Source: Candidatus Norongarragalinales archaeon (GTDB taxonomy: Archaea > Micrarchaeota > Micrarchaeia > Norongarragalinales > Norongarragalinaceae). Taken from it: 61,645 nucleotides of DNA. The notes below the pieces were generated by a model, which was not told where the DNA came from, ran no database searches, and saw nothing but the letters and a program-made list of their open reading frames with translations. Position 1 is the stretch's first letter; each line of letters begins with the position of its first letter. Made by a program: the position numbers and the translations under genes. The DNA is taken from NCBI GenBank assembly GCA_038884755.1, contig JAWABJ010000003.1, positions 1 to 61,645 on the forward strand, read 5' to 3'. Positions 10,232 to 19,729 of the stretch are shown piece by piece.

Positions 10232-10345
10232 CCAACTCTGAAAAGCATCCATTGCGCTGCAACCGCTCGTGCGAAAGCACTGGCCAGTTACAGCAAGAAA
10301 GAATGCGTTTTTAGTCTCCAGCCCGGAATAGTGGGTTAGAGCCGA
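10232..10345 (-). promoter_or_regulatory. Structured 5' leader of rps2 (candidate r-leader)
   Basis: Four nested helices with G-U pairs favouring the minus strand, between a TATA-like CTTTAATAC (~10365-10373) and the ATG. Confidence 0.55.
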
Positions 10346-10395
10346 AACAATCATGCCAGCAAGAGTATTAAAGCCTTTCCGACAGAAAAGCTCTT

Positions 10396-10992
10396 ATGAA
10401 AACGGGCACAAGCGTCGAAACCGAGGACGAAACCCTATCGCAATTGCCCGAAGGCGATTCGGCCGTCCAAGCTGAACCTAACGAAGACACCGTGCGACAA
10501 GAAACCGAGACGGCCCAAGAAAGCCCGAAGAAAACGCAGGACTTGAAGATGGTGCGAAACGCCGAAGCCGCATTGTTTATTGCAAATCGCACGCTTTCTT
10601 TCGAAGAGCTAGCGAAGGTAATGAACATTTCAAAACAAACCGCCCGCACGCTAGTAGAAAAGTTGAAGGAAGAGTATGAAGCGAAGGAAAGCGCGATTGA
10701 AGTGGTCGTGGGAGACGAAGGGGCTTTGCTGCAGGCGAAACCAGAATTCCTGCAAAACGCTTCCGAACTCTCGAAAAAGCCCGACGTAAGCAGGAAAGCA
10801 ACGCGCATTCTCGCGTTAGTGGCGAAAAAAGGCGGGCTGTTGCAATCGGAATTGAAGAAATATTTCAAGGGAGAGATTTACCAGTACACCACTGAGTTGA
10901 AGGAAGCTGGGTATATAGACTCTGAAAAGCGCGGCAACACGCGTTATTTGCGCCCGAGCAAGAAGTTTTCCAACAACTTTCAAATTGCTTGA
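10396..10992 (+). CDS. scpB: SMC-Scp complex subunit ScpB
   Basis: AEAALFIANRTLSFEELAKVM followed by two wHTH domains; acidic low-complexity N-terminus. Confidence 0.75.
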   Translation: MKTGTSVETEDETLSQLPEGDSAVQAEPNEDTVRQETETAQESPKKTQDLKMVRNAEAALFIANRTLSFEELAKVMNISKQTARTLVEKLKEEYEAKESAIEVVVGDEGALLQAKPEFLQNASELSKKPDVSRKATRILALVAKKGGLLQSELKKYFKGEIYQYTTELKEAGYIDSEKRGNTRYLRPSKKFSNNFQIA

Positions 10993-10999
10993 ACGGTGC

Positions 11000-11659
11000 T
11001 CACTCGAATTTAAAACCTAAAACCGCGCGGATTTGCTTCGCCCTCTTTCGCCCAATTCCTTTCACGCCCCGCAATTCTTTCTCCGAAGCGCAAACGATTT
11101 TCTCCACGCTGCCGAAATGCTGCAACAACGCCAGCGCATTTTTCGGCCCTATCATCGGCAGCGATTCCACTACCAAACGCTGCTGTTGCGCGAGCGACAA
11201 GCCTTTTTTCGAAAACTGCACCTTGATTTCGTGCTTTTGCTGCAGTTGTTCCTTGAACCCGAGCGCGAAAACCAGCCCGCCCAGCTCGACTTCGGTTTCG
11301 GCGAAGAAAACGGGAATCTTGTAATCCACGGCCAAAGAGACGAGCGCTCCTCGAACCGCGTTCGCATGCAGCCTCTCGAAACTTCTTCCCACCACTACGA
11401 AAAGCGGCGAAGCGAAGTTTTCCTTCAACTCTTGCGCTTGTGAGAAAAGCCTCCCGTCGATAATGCTGCTCTCGAAGTCGCCTGCCGTTTTTCGTTCAAC
11501 GCAAACCCTGTCGCTTACCACGAAGTCGCCGACTGGAAGCCTGGAAAACGAAATCACTCCCCCGAGCCTCTCGATTTCACTGCAAGCGCCCGTGCCTTTT
11601 TCCCTATCGTCGGCGAAAACCTTCACCCTGCCCGACTGCTCGAAATTCAACTCAACCAT
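11000..11659 (-). CDS. ERCC4/XPF-type nuclease with HhH motifs (nuclease half of Hef)
   Basis: ADDRE, VGDFVVS, VERKT and GRLFSQ, plus two HhH motifs (LPMIG, VKGIG); ATG at 11659. Confidence 0.9.
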   Translation of the reverse strand: MVELNFEQSGRVKVFADDREKGTGACSEIERLGGVISFSRLPVGDFVVSDRVCVERKTAGDFESSIIDGRLFSQAQELKENFASPLFVVVGRSFERLHANAVRGALVSLAVDYKIPVFFAETEVELGGLVFALGFKEQLQQKHEIKVQFSKKGLSLAQQQRLVVESLPMIGPKNALALLQHFGSVEKIVCASEKELRGVKGIGRKRAKQIRAVLGFKFE

Positions 11660-11669
11660 CCAAACCAGC

Positions 11670-13235
11670 TCAAAAATCCCCGATTTTAGTCTGTCCCTTT
11701 CTTTTCTGTTTCGTTTTCTCTTCAGCCCCGAAATCTTCGTGCGGAGAATGCTGCATACGCTGCAAGTGCTTGTGCATTTTCTTTTCCTTGTTTTTCGAAA
11801 TCCACAAGTACGCCTCGTCCTTCGTTCCCTTCGACACGAACACCACTGCCTCGCCAACGTGCGTACGCCCCGCGCGACCCCGCCTTTGAATCAAGCGGAT
11901 TTCTGATGGAACCGCTTCAAAAAAAATCACCATGTCCACCGAAGGAATGTCCAAACCCTCTTCCCCCACGCTCGTCGCAACCAAAAAATTAAAATCCCCG
12001 TTCCGAAAGCTTTCAACCACCGCATGCTGCTCTTTCTGCGTCATTCCTTTTTCAGACCGCCCTACAAGCGCCCTAGCTTTCACCCCCGGCAAAGCGTTCA
12101 ACTCGGAAATCAAATAGCTAACGGAATCGCGGTAGTGCGCGAAGACAATGGCGTTTTTGCCGCTGGAAGCTATTTTTCTCGCGTAATCCTTAAGCAAAAT
12201 CATTTTAGGGTGTTCTATGCGCTTGTCCAAAAGCCGCTCGCACTCTTTTTTTATTTTCGCTATTCGCGGGTCTTTCGACAACGCCAGCACGGCTTTCGTT
12301 GTCGTCTTCCTCAAATCCATGCCTTGTATGAAAGAAAGCAGGGGCTTGATTCCCTCGCTTTCCAGCAAGTCTATCGCATGCACGATGTTCAGCGCTTTCG
12401 CCGTTTCGCTCAGCAACGGGTAGAAAGAAGGGTTGCGCTTCGCCATCTCCAAAAACTTGATTCTCAAGAACAACAGCTGCTTTCGCGAAGCGCTTGTCTT
12501 GCTGGCGGCAAACCCTCGCTCGCTCAATTTCGACAAAGGGTCGTAAAGTATTTCCTGCAGCCGCTTGCGCAAATCGATTATCTCCGGAGGCAAATCGACA
12601 AATTCATAGAAAACCTTGACTTCCTTGGCGAAACCCTTCACGTCCTCGTCTTCGGCAGTCTTTATTTCCACCGCGCTGACTCCCAAGCTTCGGCAAACCT
12701 CGGAGATTTTCTTGCGTTCTGAAGAAGGGCTGGCGGTCAACGCCAAAACCAACGCCCCGGTCTTCTGCACTTCCCCGCCGATGAAAGAGTAAGCGTAATC
12801 GCCTATGGCCCTGTGCGCCTCATCGAAAACCACCAGCGCGAAATCTTCCAACGAAAGCCTTCGCATTTTCAAGTCGTTTTCTATGGTTTGGGGCGTAGCG
12901 CATATGACCGTAGCCTGAACGTATTTCTTTTTTCTTTCTTCTGGAGGCATTTCGCCCGTAACTACAACCGTTTCCTCAGTCGACTCTATCAGTTCCGCCA
13001 GACGCTTTGCCTGCTGCAGCACGAGCGGTTTGGTCGGCGCGAGAAAAAGGATTTTCTTTTCCTGCGTTTTCAGCAAGTGCGCGATCGCAAGAATCGCCAC
13101 GAAAGTTTTCCCCAGCGCGGTGGGCATCACAACCAAAAGCCTTCGAGTTTCGAAAAGCTTTTCAGCCGCTTTCACTTGATAGTCCCGCAGCTCTATTCCT
13201 GTTTTCTTCAGCAACTGCAAATCCATTTGCGCCAA
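11670..13235 (-). CDS. Hef/FANCM-like SF2 helicase with a C-terminal PIP box
   Basis: PTALGKT, DEAHRA, LTASP, TSVGEEGLDI, QRRGRAGR; ends QTKIGDF. Confidence 0.92.
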   Translation of the reverse strand: MAQMDLQLLKKTGIELRDYQVKAAEKLFETRRLLVVMPTALGKTFVAILAIAHLLKTQEKKILFLAPTKPLVLQQAKRLAELIESTEETVVVTGEMPPEERKKKYVQATVICATPQTIENDLKMRRLSLEDFALVVFDEAHRAIGDYAYSFIGGEVQKTGALVLALTASPSSERKKISEVCRSLGVSAVEIKTAEDEDVKGFAKEVKVFYEFVDLPPEIIDLRKRLQEILYDPLSKLSERGFAASKTSASRKQLLFLRIKFLEMAKRNPSFYPLLSETAKALNIVHAIDLLESEGIKPLLSFIQGMDLRKTTTKAVLALSKDPRIAKIKKECERLLDKRIEHPKMILLKDYARKIASSGKNAIVFAHYRDSVSYLISELNALPGVKARALVGRSEKGMTQKEQHAVVESFRNGDFNFLVATSVGEEGLDIPSVDMVIFFEAVPSEIRLIQRRGRAGRTHVGEAVVFVSKGTKDEAYLWISKNKEKKMHKHLQRMQHSPHEDFGAEEKTKQKRKGQTKIGDF

Positions 13236-13363
13236 ACCCCAGAGACTAATAATAGTGGAAGCAGAATCTTTTTAAGCAAAAGAAAATATTCAATATCTCC
13301 TTTTAACAAGTGGGTTTCAAAAACACGGACGCAAAAGAAAAACAAATTCAGAGGTGGGCATAA

Positions 13364-13564
13364 GTGGCAATACTTCCAGTGGCTCCGGTAGAACGCATAA
13401 TACGCAAGGCCGGCGCGGACAGGGTTTCGCCCGACGCCGCCGCGGCATTGGCGGAAATTCTCGAAGACAACGGAATCAAAATCTCTCAAAAAGCAGTGCA
13501 ATTCTCCAAACACGCAGGCAGAAAGACGGTTACGGCTGAAGACGTCAAGCTCGCCTCGCGGTAG
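13364..13564 (+). CDS. Archaeal histone (HMf family)
   Basis: [19 protein letters not shown]...[12 protein letters not shown] histone fold; GAGGTG SD before a GTG start. Confidence 0.96.
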   Translation: MAILPVAPVERIIRKAGADRVSPDAAAALAEILEDNGIKISQKAVQFSKHAGRKTVTAEDVKLASR

Positions 13565-13609
13565 CGTGCATTCGCAAAGGCTTTTCTTTTTCTTTAAGCG
13601 AATTTTTAC

Positions 13610-14674
13610 ATGCAAACCCTCGTTTGCTTCATTTCCAACAACCCCGAAAACCTCGAGCTTGCGCTCTACCCCCACACCAGCAATTTCACCGACAACACCA
13701 AGCTCCTGATTCTCGACACGAAAGCCACGCACTGCAAAAATGAGGGGATTGCAAAAGAACTCAATGCAATACACGTTTGCGAGGAAGACTTTCGCAACAG
13801 CGTGAAAGACGAATTCAAGCCCCTGTTCCAAGGGCAGTACGGCGGCAACCGCAACATATGCTTGTACCACGCGTTCAAAGAGAACGCGCACGCGGTTTTT
13901 TTCGACGACGACACAACGCCATTCGAAAACCCCCTTGCTGCGTACGAAAAACTGTTTTCCGAAGGAAGGAAGATAATAGCGGGAAAGTACTTGAGGCACG
14001 CTCACGGCACTCAACACATTATCAGGGATATAGTAAATGCCGCGTGTGCCTACGCCGACAGGGAGGAAACGAAGGAAAAAGCACAGGAAAATCTTTTCAG
14101 CCTGTTCTGCGGAATACCCCCGGAAACGCAAACGCCACTAAAAGGCGCGGGAATAGTGGGGGGAAACATGGGCGTGCACCACGACGCCCTCAAAAAATAC
14201 TGTTTTTTTCCAACAGACTACAGGGTTGAAGACGGAACTTACGCAACTCTGGCGAAAGAATTCGTGGGCGAAGAGCCGTTCAACGAAGAAAACAACCCCG
14301 CAGTCTACCACAACAAGATTCCAAAGGAAAACGCGCTGTTGGAAAACCTTGAAAACGAGCTCAAGGGAAGCATCATTGCGTTGTGCGTGAAAGACTCGCT
14401 AGAGGAAAACGAGTTGAGCATGGACACGCTGGAAGACAAAATCTCGAGAAACGCCTCGCTCGCATTCAAGGCGTTCAACCTCGACTACCTGCAATACAAA
14501 CAACGCCAAAAAAACATCCTGGAAAAGGCGAAGGAACTGGAGTTTGAAAAAGAGTTTTCCTTCATGCTTTCGCTGGACGAAAAAACCCTCGCGCCTTCCA
14601 AAGAGGAAGCGAAGAGGAAAATGGCTTTGTTCGACTACGCCCAAGAAAACTGGGAGAAGGCGCTGGTGGAATAA
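13610..14674 (+). CDS. Putative GT-A-fold glycosyltransferase
   Basis: YGGNRN, AVFFDDD (DxD), GGNMG and RVED occur in GT-A order; abuts the downstream membrane protein gene. Confidence 0.5.
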   Translation: MQTLVCFISNNPENLELALYPHTSNFTDNTKLLILDTKATHCKNEGIAKELNAIHVCEEDFRNSVKDEFKPLFQGQYGGNRNICLYHAFKENAHAVFFDDDTTPFENPLAAYEKLFSEGRKIIAGKYLRHAHGTQHIIRDIVNAACAYADREETKEKAQENLFSLFCGIPPETQTPLKGAGIVGGNMGVHHDALKKYCFFPTDYRVEDGTYATLAKEFVGEEPFNEENNPAVYHNKIPKENALLENLENELKGSIIALCVKDSLEENELSMDTLEDKISRNASLAFKAFNLDYLQYKQRQKNILEKAKELEFEKEFSFMLSLDEKTLAPSKEEAKRKMALFDYAQENWEKALVE

Positions 14675-16426
14675 GTGATTCTGGCGATAGTGTTTTTGGC
14701 TTCGTCCCTCCTGCTCGCGCTGTGCTCAGCGCGGAAGTTCGACTCGCAAAACCACTTGGCATACGCGTTGCCCTTGTCAATCGCCTTTTCCTCGTTCGCG
14801 TTGTTCCTATCTTCAACTTTCCTGGGCTTCGGCCAAGCCAGCATCCTCGTTTCAGTGGCTTTGATGCTCGCGTGCTGCATTCCGTTCCGCAAGGAAATCA
14901 AACCCGGGCTTTTGCAGAAAAACCTTGTTGCAATAGCCGTTCTTTCACTCTTGTTTTTCGTTTGGACTAATCACCTGATGTTCCACTACGATTCGCTTGG
15001 CGGCGTTGAAGGGTTTCCGACTGACTTCGGCTTCCACAAAAGCATAATTGCAAGCATAGCCAACGGCAATTTCCCGCCACAACACCCACTGCTGTCGGGG
15101 CAGCCCTTATCCTACTACTACTTCCAGCACCTTTACTCTGCAGGGCTCGTCGCGGGAGGAATGGATTTGCCCACCGCGTCCGCAATCCCAAACACCTTCG
15201 CTAACGCCGCAGTAGTGCTCTTGCTTTTCATCCTCGCCGGGAGAATAATGCCGGGCAAGGCAAAAGGGCTCGCGCGCTATTTCCCACACGCGGTAGTAAT
15301 TCTGGTTTTGCTTAACGGCAACCTCTCGTTCTTCAACTTCATACAAAAAAACGGGTTGAATTTCGATGCGATAACCCAATTTTCGGAATTCACCGACTTG
15401 AAGCTTACCGCATACCCTGTGCTCAACCTACTGAGTGCGCATTTGCTCGTAACCACATACGCAGTCGGCCTCGCAATACTCCTTATCGCGGCAATCAAAA
15501 TTCTCGACAAGGAATTCGGAAAAACAATAGTCATAGGCCTGCTGCCGTTGTTAAGCCTTCCAGCGTTTATAGCCGGAATACTGATGCTTGCATTCTACAC
15601 ATTGCAGGAAGAAAAAGCGAGAAAGCCGTTTGCAATCGCTCTGGCAATATCTCTGCCGCAACTCGCGTTCTACGCGCTCACCCACGGAGCGCCTGCGGCA
15701 TACTTAAAGCTCGGCTGGCTTTCGCCCGCGCAAGACCCTGTTTCAATAGCAATATTCTGGCTCCAAAACCTAGGGCTGTACGCAATTCTCGGAATCGCAG
15801 GCTACACGATCGCGAAAAACGACGTGAAAAAACTGTTGCAATCCACCCTCGCACCGTTCATAGCAGGCAACATTTTCATTTTCACGCCATTCGCCTGGGA
15901 CACGGGAAAGCTGTTCCTCTTCTTTTTCGCCATGCTCGCCGTCTTGTCTGCAACCGCGCTTGCGCGCGTTGCAGAAAAACACAGGTTCCTCGCGCTCGCC
16001 CTTCTAGCGAGCATGATTTTGACCGGGCTGTTCAGCATCGCGACCGTAATCGCAAACTCCTCCACTTCTATCTACGACTCGTTCGACATGCAAGCATGCA
16101 AGTGGGTTGAACAAAACACGCCACCGAATGCGCTGTTCCTGACCGACGGGCAGCACACGTGCGTTTTCGCCATCGCAGGCCGCAAGGTGTTTTTGGGCGA
16201 CGTCGAGTGGATGGAAACCCACGGTCTTGACTACGCGAAACAACTGCAGGAAAACAACGCCATGCTTGCGGGAGACTGCAAACTAATCAGGAACAAGGGC
16301 GTCGGGTACGTCTACCTCGACGGCTACGGCGGGAGGCACGCGCCCGTAAATGAAACGTTTTTAAGAAACAATGCAGTCATCGCTTTCCAGCAAAACAACC
16401 GAGTGGTTTACAAGGTAAATTGCTAG
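14675..16426 (+). CDS. Polytopic membrane protein, putative GT-C glycosyltransferase
   Basis: Many TM segments, first-loop TDFGFH...FPPQHP...YYY motif, C-terminal soluble domain WVEQNTPPNALFL...AGRK. Confidence 0.6.
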   Translation: MILAIVFLASSLLLALCSARKFDSQNHLAYALPLSIAFSSFALFLSSTFLGFGQASILVSVALMLACCIPFRKEIKPGLLQKNLVAIAVLSLLFFVWTNHLMFHYDSLGGVEGFPTDFGFHKSIIASIANGNFPPQHPLLSGQPLSYYYFQHLYSAGLVAGGMDLPTASAIPNTFANAAVVLLLFILAGRIMPGKAKGLARYFPHAVVILVLLNGNLSFFNFIQKNGLNFDAITQFSEFTDLKLTAYPVLNLLSAHLLVTTYAVGLAILLIAAIKILDKEFGKTIVIGLLPLLSLPAFIAGILMLAFYTLQEEKARKPFAIALAISLPQLAFYALTHGAPAAYLKLGWLSPAQDPVSIAIFWLQNLGLYAILGIAGYTIAKNDVKKLLQSTLAPFIAGNIFIFTPFAWDTGKLFLFFFAMLAVLSATALARVAEKHRFLALALLASMILTGLFSIATVIANSSTSIYDSFDMQACKWVEQNTPPNALFLTDGQHTCVFAIAGRKVFLGDVEWMETHGLDYAKQLQENNAMLAGDCKLIRNKGVGYVYLDGYGGRHAPVNETFLRNNAVIAFQQNNRVVYKVNC

Positions 16427-16449
16427 GAACCCCGGAGAGCCGAAAAGGT

Positions 16450-18594
16450 TTGAAGGGATTTGCGCTGTTTCTCCTCGCCAATTTCGCTCTAGCCGCAAGC
16501 ATCGACTTCCTCCACCCCTCTGCGTACGCGAACGTCGGAGGCGCTTCGGACAGGCGCGGCACCACCGCCCAAAACGCGATAGACGCGAGAGTCGGGGACT
16601 GCGGCACTGGAAGCAGCTTTTGGGCTTTCGCCTCGCCCTTGGGAGGAGGAGCAGACTTCTGGCTTGAACTAAACTCGAACGTCATAGAAACCACCAGCAT
16701 AACCATCCAATCCTGCAGCACGGGCTTCAAAGACTTCACGGTAAAAAACAGCAACGGCGAAGACCAGGTAGTATTCAGTCTGCAAAACGTTCCGGCAAAC
16801 ACTTTCGGCACCGGAACGCTCAACGGAAACTTCCTTCAGGCTGGCGGAAGAATAACCATCGGAGTGAGAAACAAGAGGCACGATGTTGAACACCACTTGA
16901 ACGACATTTCGTTCAAGATAGAATACATTTCAAACTCGCCTCCAACCGAGCCCGAGCTCCTCTCGCCGCCTTCCGACCAAACTTTCGATACGCGAGTCCC
17001 GTTTTTCTGGAACGAATCCCGAGACCCTGACAACGACACGCTGTCATATTCCATACAACACTCTCCCGACGGGGTTTCGTGGGAAGACGCTGGCGAAAGC
17101 CAATGCTGCGAGTTTTCGTGGAACGCGAGCGCGCTCGAAGAAGGCGTCCTCTTCGCAGGGGTGAGGGCGTTCGACGGAAGGCAGTACGGAGCAAGGAGCG
17201 AGGTCCGGATCAACATTCGGCATGAATTCTACACCCCGCCCGACCAAGAAAACGCGGTTGCGGGAACGCCAGTGCGATGGAAAGTTTCCGCTTACGGGAG
17301 CGGAACGCGCAATTGCGAGCATCCCCTGCCGCAAGATTACTTGGACGCGAAAGTATTCGACTCCGCCGGAGCGCCACTCCAATACGAAAACACTTCGAGC
17401 GAAATCAAGTGGAACTGCAACCTTTCGAGCGGAAACAACACGCTTTACTACACCACTCCCGCGGTCGCCTTGAACAAAAGTGCTTGGACCCAAGATGCCC
17501 AAGCGCAAAGCACGAGCGAAAGGCAGTTCCTCACGCAAACGCTCGGCATCTTCAACCCTTCAGAAGAAGGCTATTCAAACGTTTCGGCCGAAATCGAATG
17601 CCTTCAAGGGTTTTCCTGCGAGCCGCAAGGCATTTCCCTGCCTTTCCTCGGGCCGGCGGGCGAAAGCAACCAAACCGTAAAGGCGGAGGGAGACGGCATT
17701 TCGCAAAGCGAAAGCGTAGACGAAAGCGAGTACTACAACAAAACCGTAATCCTCGAAAACTCGCTGTCAGAACTACGGGACATCGCGCATTCTTTCGAAC
17801 TCCCCCGCGGGCTGGAATTCGAATTGTTTTTGAAAGAACAAGGGGAGTTCAAACGCAGCGACAACGCCTCGCTTTCCCTCGAAAAAGGGAAAGCGACCGT
17901 GGTTTTCTCCGCGCTAGACGGAGGAACAACCGAAATCCTCCTTTCAGCGAGAAAGAAAAACGACGGGCAAGCGTGCTTCGAAAAGGAAGAGTGCGTTTCC
18001 GGAAACTGCGAAGCGGGACTGTGCGCGCAAAACGGCGAAGAAAACGTTCTCGAAGAGCCCGCGCCTGCCGAACCGCCCGCCCTAATTCCGGAAAGCAAAA
18101 ACGGCGGCGAAGAAACGAAAGAAAAAACCGCGAGCGCAACGCCGGCAGCCACGCTTCGAAAAACGCGGGAAACGAAAACGACTGCGCACGCCGCCAAAAC
18201 GGCAAACCCGCTACCCGCACTCGCGGTTTTCGCGGCGCTGGCAGCGCTCGCGGCCTACAAGAAATTCTTCGACAAAAAGGTTAACGTAAAGCGGGAAAAG
18301 AACGGCGGAATGGCGCGCATAACAATCTACAACAAAGGAAAGAGACTGAGGAACGTGAGGGTCCTGCAGATGGTCGAGGAAAACTCGGCAAGCGGCTTTT
18401 CAATCCAACCAACAGTAAAACAAACTGTAACCGGCGACTTGCTCGAATGGAATTTCGAAAAACTCAGCGAAGGCGAGAAAATAACCGTCGAATTCACGTT
18501 CGAAGGGGAATTTTCAAAACCCCTGCGATTCCAGGCAGAAACCACCGAAGGAAAGCATCTTTGCTTTCCCAAAAACGGCCGGGAGTTTTTTTAA
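16450..18594 (+). CDS. Secreted multidomain surface protein (FN3/Ig-like domain, Cys knot, TM, post-TM beta domain)
   Basis: Signal peptide from TTG at 16450; NSPPTEP...DPDNDTLSY...VRAFDG; C-x5-C-x4-C-x4-C; Pro/Thr/Ala linker; TM helix. Confidence 0.6.
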   Translation: MKGFALFLLANFALAASIDFLHPSAYANVGGASDRRGTTAQNAIDARVGDCGTGSSFWAFASPLGGGADFWLELNSNVIETTSITIQSCSTGFKDFTVKNSNGEDQVVFSLQNVPANTFGTGTLNGNFLQAGGRITIGVRNKRHDVEHHLNDISFKIEYISNSPPTEPELLSPPSDQTFDTRVPFFWNESRDPDNDTLSYSIQHSPDGVSWEDAGESQCCEFSWNASALEEGVLFAGVRAFDGRQYGARSEVRINIRHEFYTPPDQENAVAGTPVRWKVSAYGSGTRNCEHPLPQDYLDAKVFDSAGAPLQYENTSSEIKWNCNLSSGNNTLYYTTPAVALNKSAWTQDAQAQSTSERQFLTQTLGIFNPSEEGYSNVSAEIECLQGFSCEPQGISLPFLGPAGESNQTVKAEGDGISQSESVDESEYYNKTVILENSLSELRDIAHSFELPRGLEFELFLKEQGEFKRSDNASLSLEKGKATVVFSALDGGTTEILLSARKKNDGQACFEKEECVSGNCEAGLCAQNGEENVLEEPAPAEPPALIPESKNGGEETKEKTASATPAATLRKTRETKTTAHAAKTANPLPALAVFAALAALAAYKKFFDKKVNVKREKNGGMARITIYNKGKRLRNVRVLQMVEENSASGFSIQPTVKQTVTGDLLEWNFEKLSEGEKITVEFTFEGEFSKPLRFQAETTEGKHLCFPKNGREFF

Positions 18595-18619
18595 CTCCCG
18601 CGGGCATAACGGGATTAAA

Positions 18620-18865
18620 ATGAAATTTTTGCTCGCGGCACTGCTCGCTTTGGTGCTGGGCGCTAGCAGCACTTTCGCCGCTTACGGCCAAGTGGGCGCA
18701 TACGTAATCGCGCCATCCCCTTCGCCGCTTCCGTCGGTATCCCCCACCGCACAACCCGCTCCGATAACGGGCTTTGCCGCCGCCCAAAAGCCGGCGAAAA
18801 GCTTTTTCGACGCGATATCCGATTTTTTCAAAGGGCTTTTGCGGTCCTTCGGAATGCGCGGGTAA
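18620..18865 (+). CDS. Small secreted protein with Pro/Ser linker, ITGF motif and amphipathic C-terminal helix
   Basis: Signal peptide MKFLLAALLALVLGASSTFA; PSPSPLP linker; FFDAISDFFKGLLRSF. Confidence 0.65.
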   Translation: MKFLLAALLALVLGASSTFAAYGQVGAYVIAPSPSPLPSVSPTAQPAPITGFAAAQKPAKSFFDAISDFFKGLLRSFGMRG

Positions 18866-18903
18866 AAAACCGAAAGCGCGTTTTAAAAAGCAAATCAGCA
18901 GTA

Positions 18904-19683
18904 ATGAAAGCCATGCGCGCAATCTTGCTCTTGGTTTTCGCCGCTTTCGTTTTCGCAGGTTGCCTTTTCCAACAGCCCGGCCAAACCGCAACCCCGACGC
19001 CTACGCCCACAGTGAAAGCGAGCCCCTCGCCGTCGCCTTTGCCAACAGCAACCGCCACAGCAACACCCACACCCACGCCTTCACCAGCGGTGCAACTCAC
19101 TCCGGAATGCTCTATTTCAGTCAACCCTAATGACGCGCAAGGCCCTTTCAAGGCAGGAGTTTCCGCGCGGTTCTTGAACGTAGACCCCGGCAACGCCACC
19201 ATAAAATGCACTGCACAAGACTCGGGAGCGGTTGGAGAAAGAAAGGAAGGCGGGTTTTTCTTCAGGACTTGCGACTACCCCAGCACCCTCGCGAGAAAGC
19301 TTGAAACCGCAAGCGCGACTGGCGGAGGCGTTTCGTGCACCACGCTCGTCGTCGTGCAAGTGAACCCTGAATACTCGAAAACATGGACTTTCAGCCCCGG
19401 CGACGAGTCGTTCACCATGACCAAAAGCGTTTCCAACACCACGACCCGCAATTACACCATCACCAACACCGGAACCCTCGAGCTCAATATATTCTCCTGC
19501 AATTCCGACAAGAGCTTCGTCACGGTAAGCTGCCCAACGAAAATAAAAGCCGGCGAAACCCAGCCGTTCAACGCCACGTTCAGCGTTTCGGGACAGCCGG
19601 AAGGGCAGCAGAACGTCGTGCTCACCGTGAAGGAAAAAGACTTGGAAAAGAGCGTCACCATCACCCTCACCATAACCGCGTAA
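18904..19683 (+). CDS. Lipoprotein with Pro/Thr linker, Cys-rich Ig-like module and C-terminal beta-sandwich
   Basis: FAGC lipobox; (PT)n linker; paralogous to 20209-21027. Confidence 0.75.
   Translation: MKAMRAILLLVFAAFVFAGCLFQQPGQTATPTPTPTVKASPSPSPLPTATATATPTPTPSPAVQLTPECSISVNPNDAQGPFKAGVSARFLNVDPGNATIKCTAQDSGAVGERKEGGFFFRTCDYPSTLARKLETASATGGGVSCTTLVVVQVNPEYSKTWTFSPGDESFTMTKSVSNTTTRNYTITNTGTLELNIFSCNSDKSFVTVSCPTKIKAGETQPFNATFSVSGQPEGQQNVVLTVKEKDLEKSVTITLTITA
19029..19085 (+). repeat. Linker DNA blocks (30 bp and 26 bp) identical to 19810-19839 and 19889-19914
   Basis: gccgtcgcctttgccaacagcaaccgccac and gcaacacccacacccacgccttcacc each occur twice. Confidence 0.85.
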
Positions 19684-19729
19684 AACGCGTTTCGACAGAT
19701 TTTAAAGCAAACCGCACTTAATCTACAAC

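Noticed and set aside
11660..11857. Upstream extension of the ERCC4 frame as a programmed frameshift fusing Hef
   Set aside because: No clear slippery heptamer with a downstream structure; the helicase has a proper PIP-box end and the nuclease has its own ATG.
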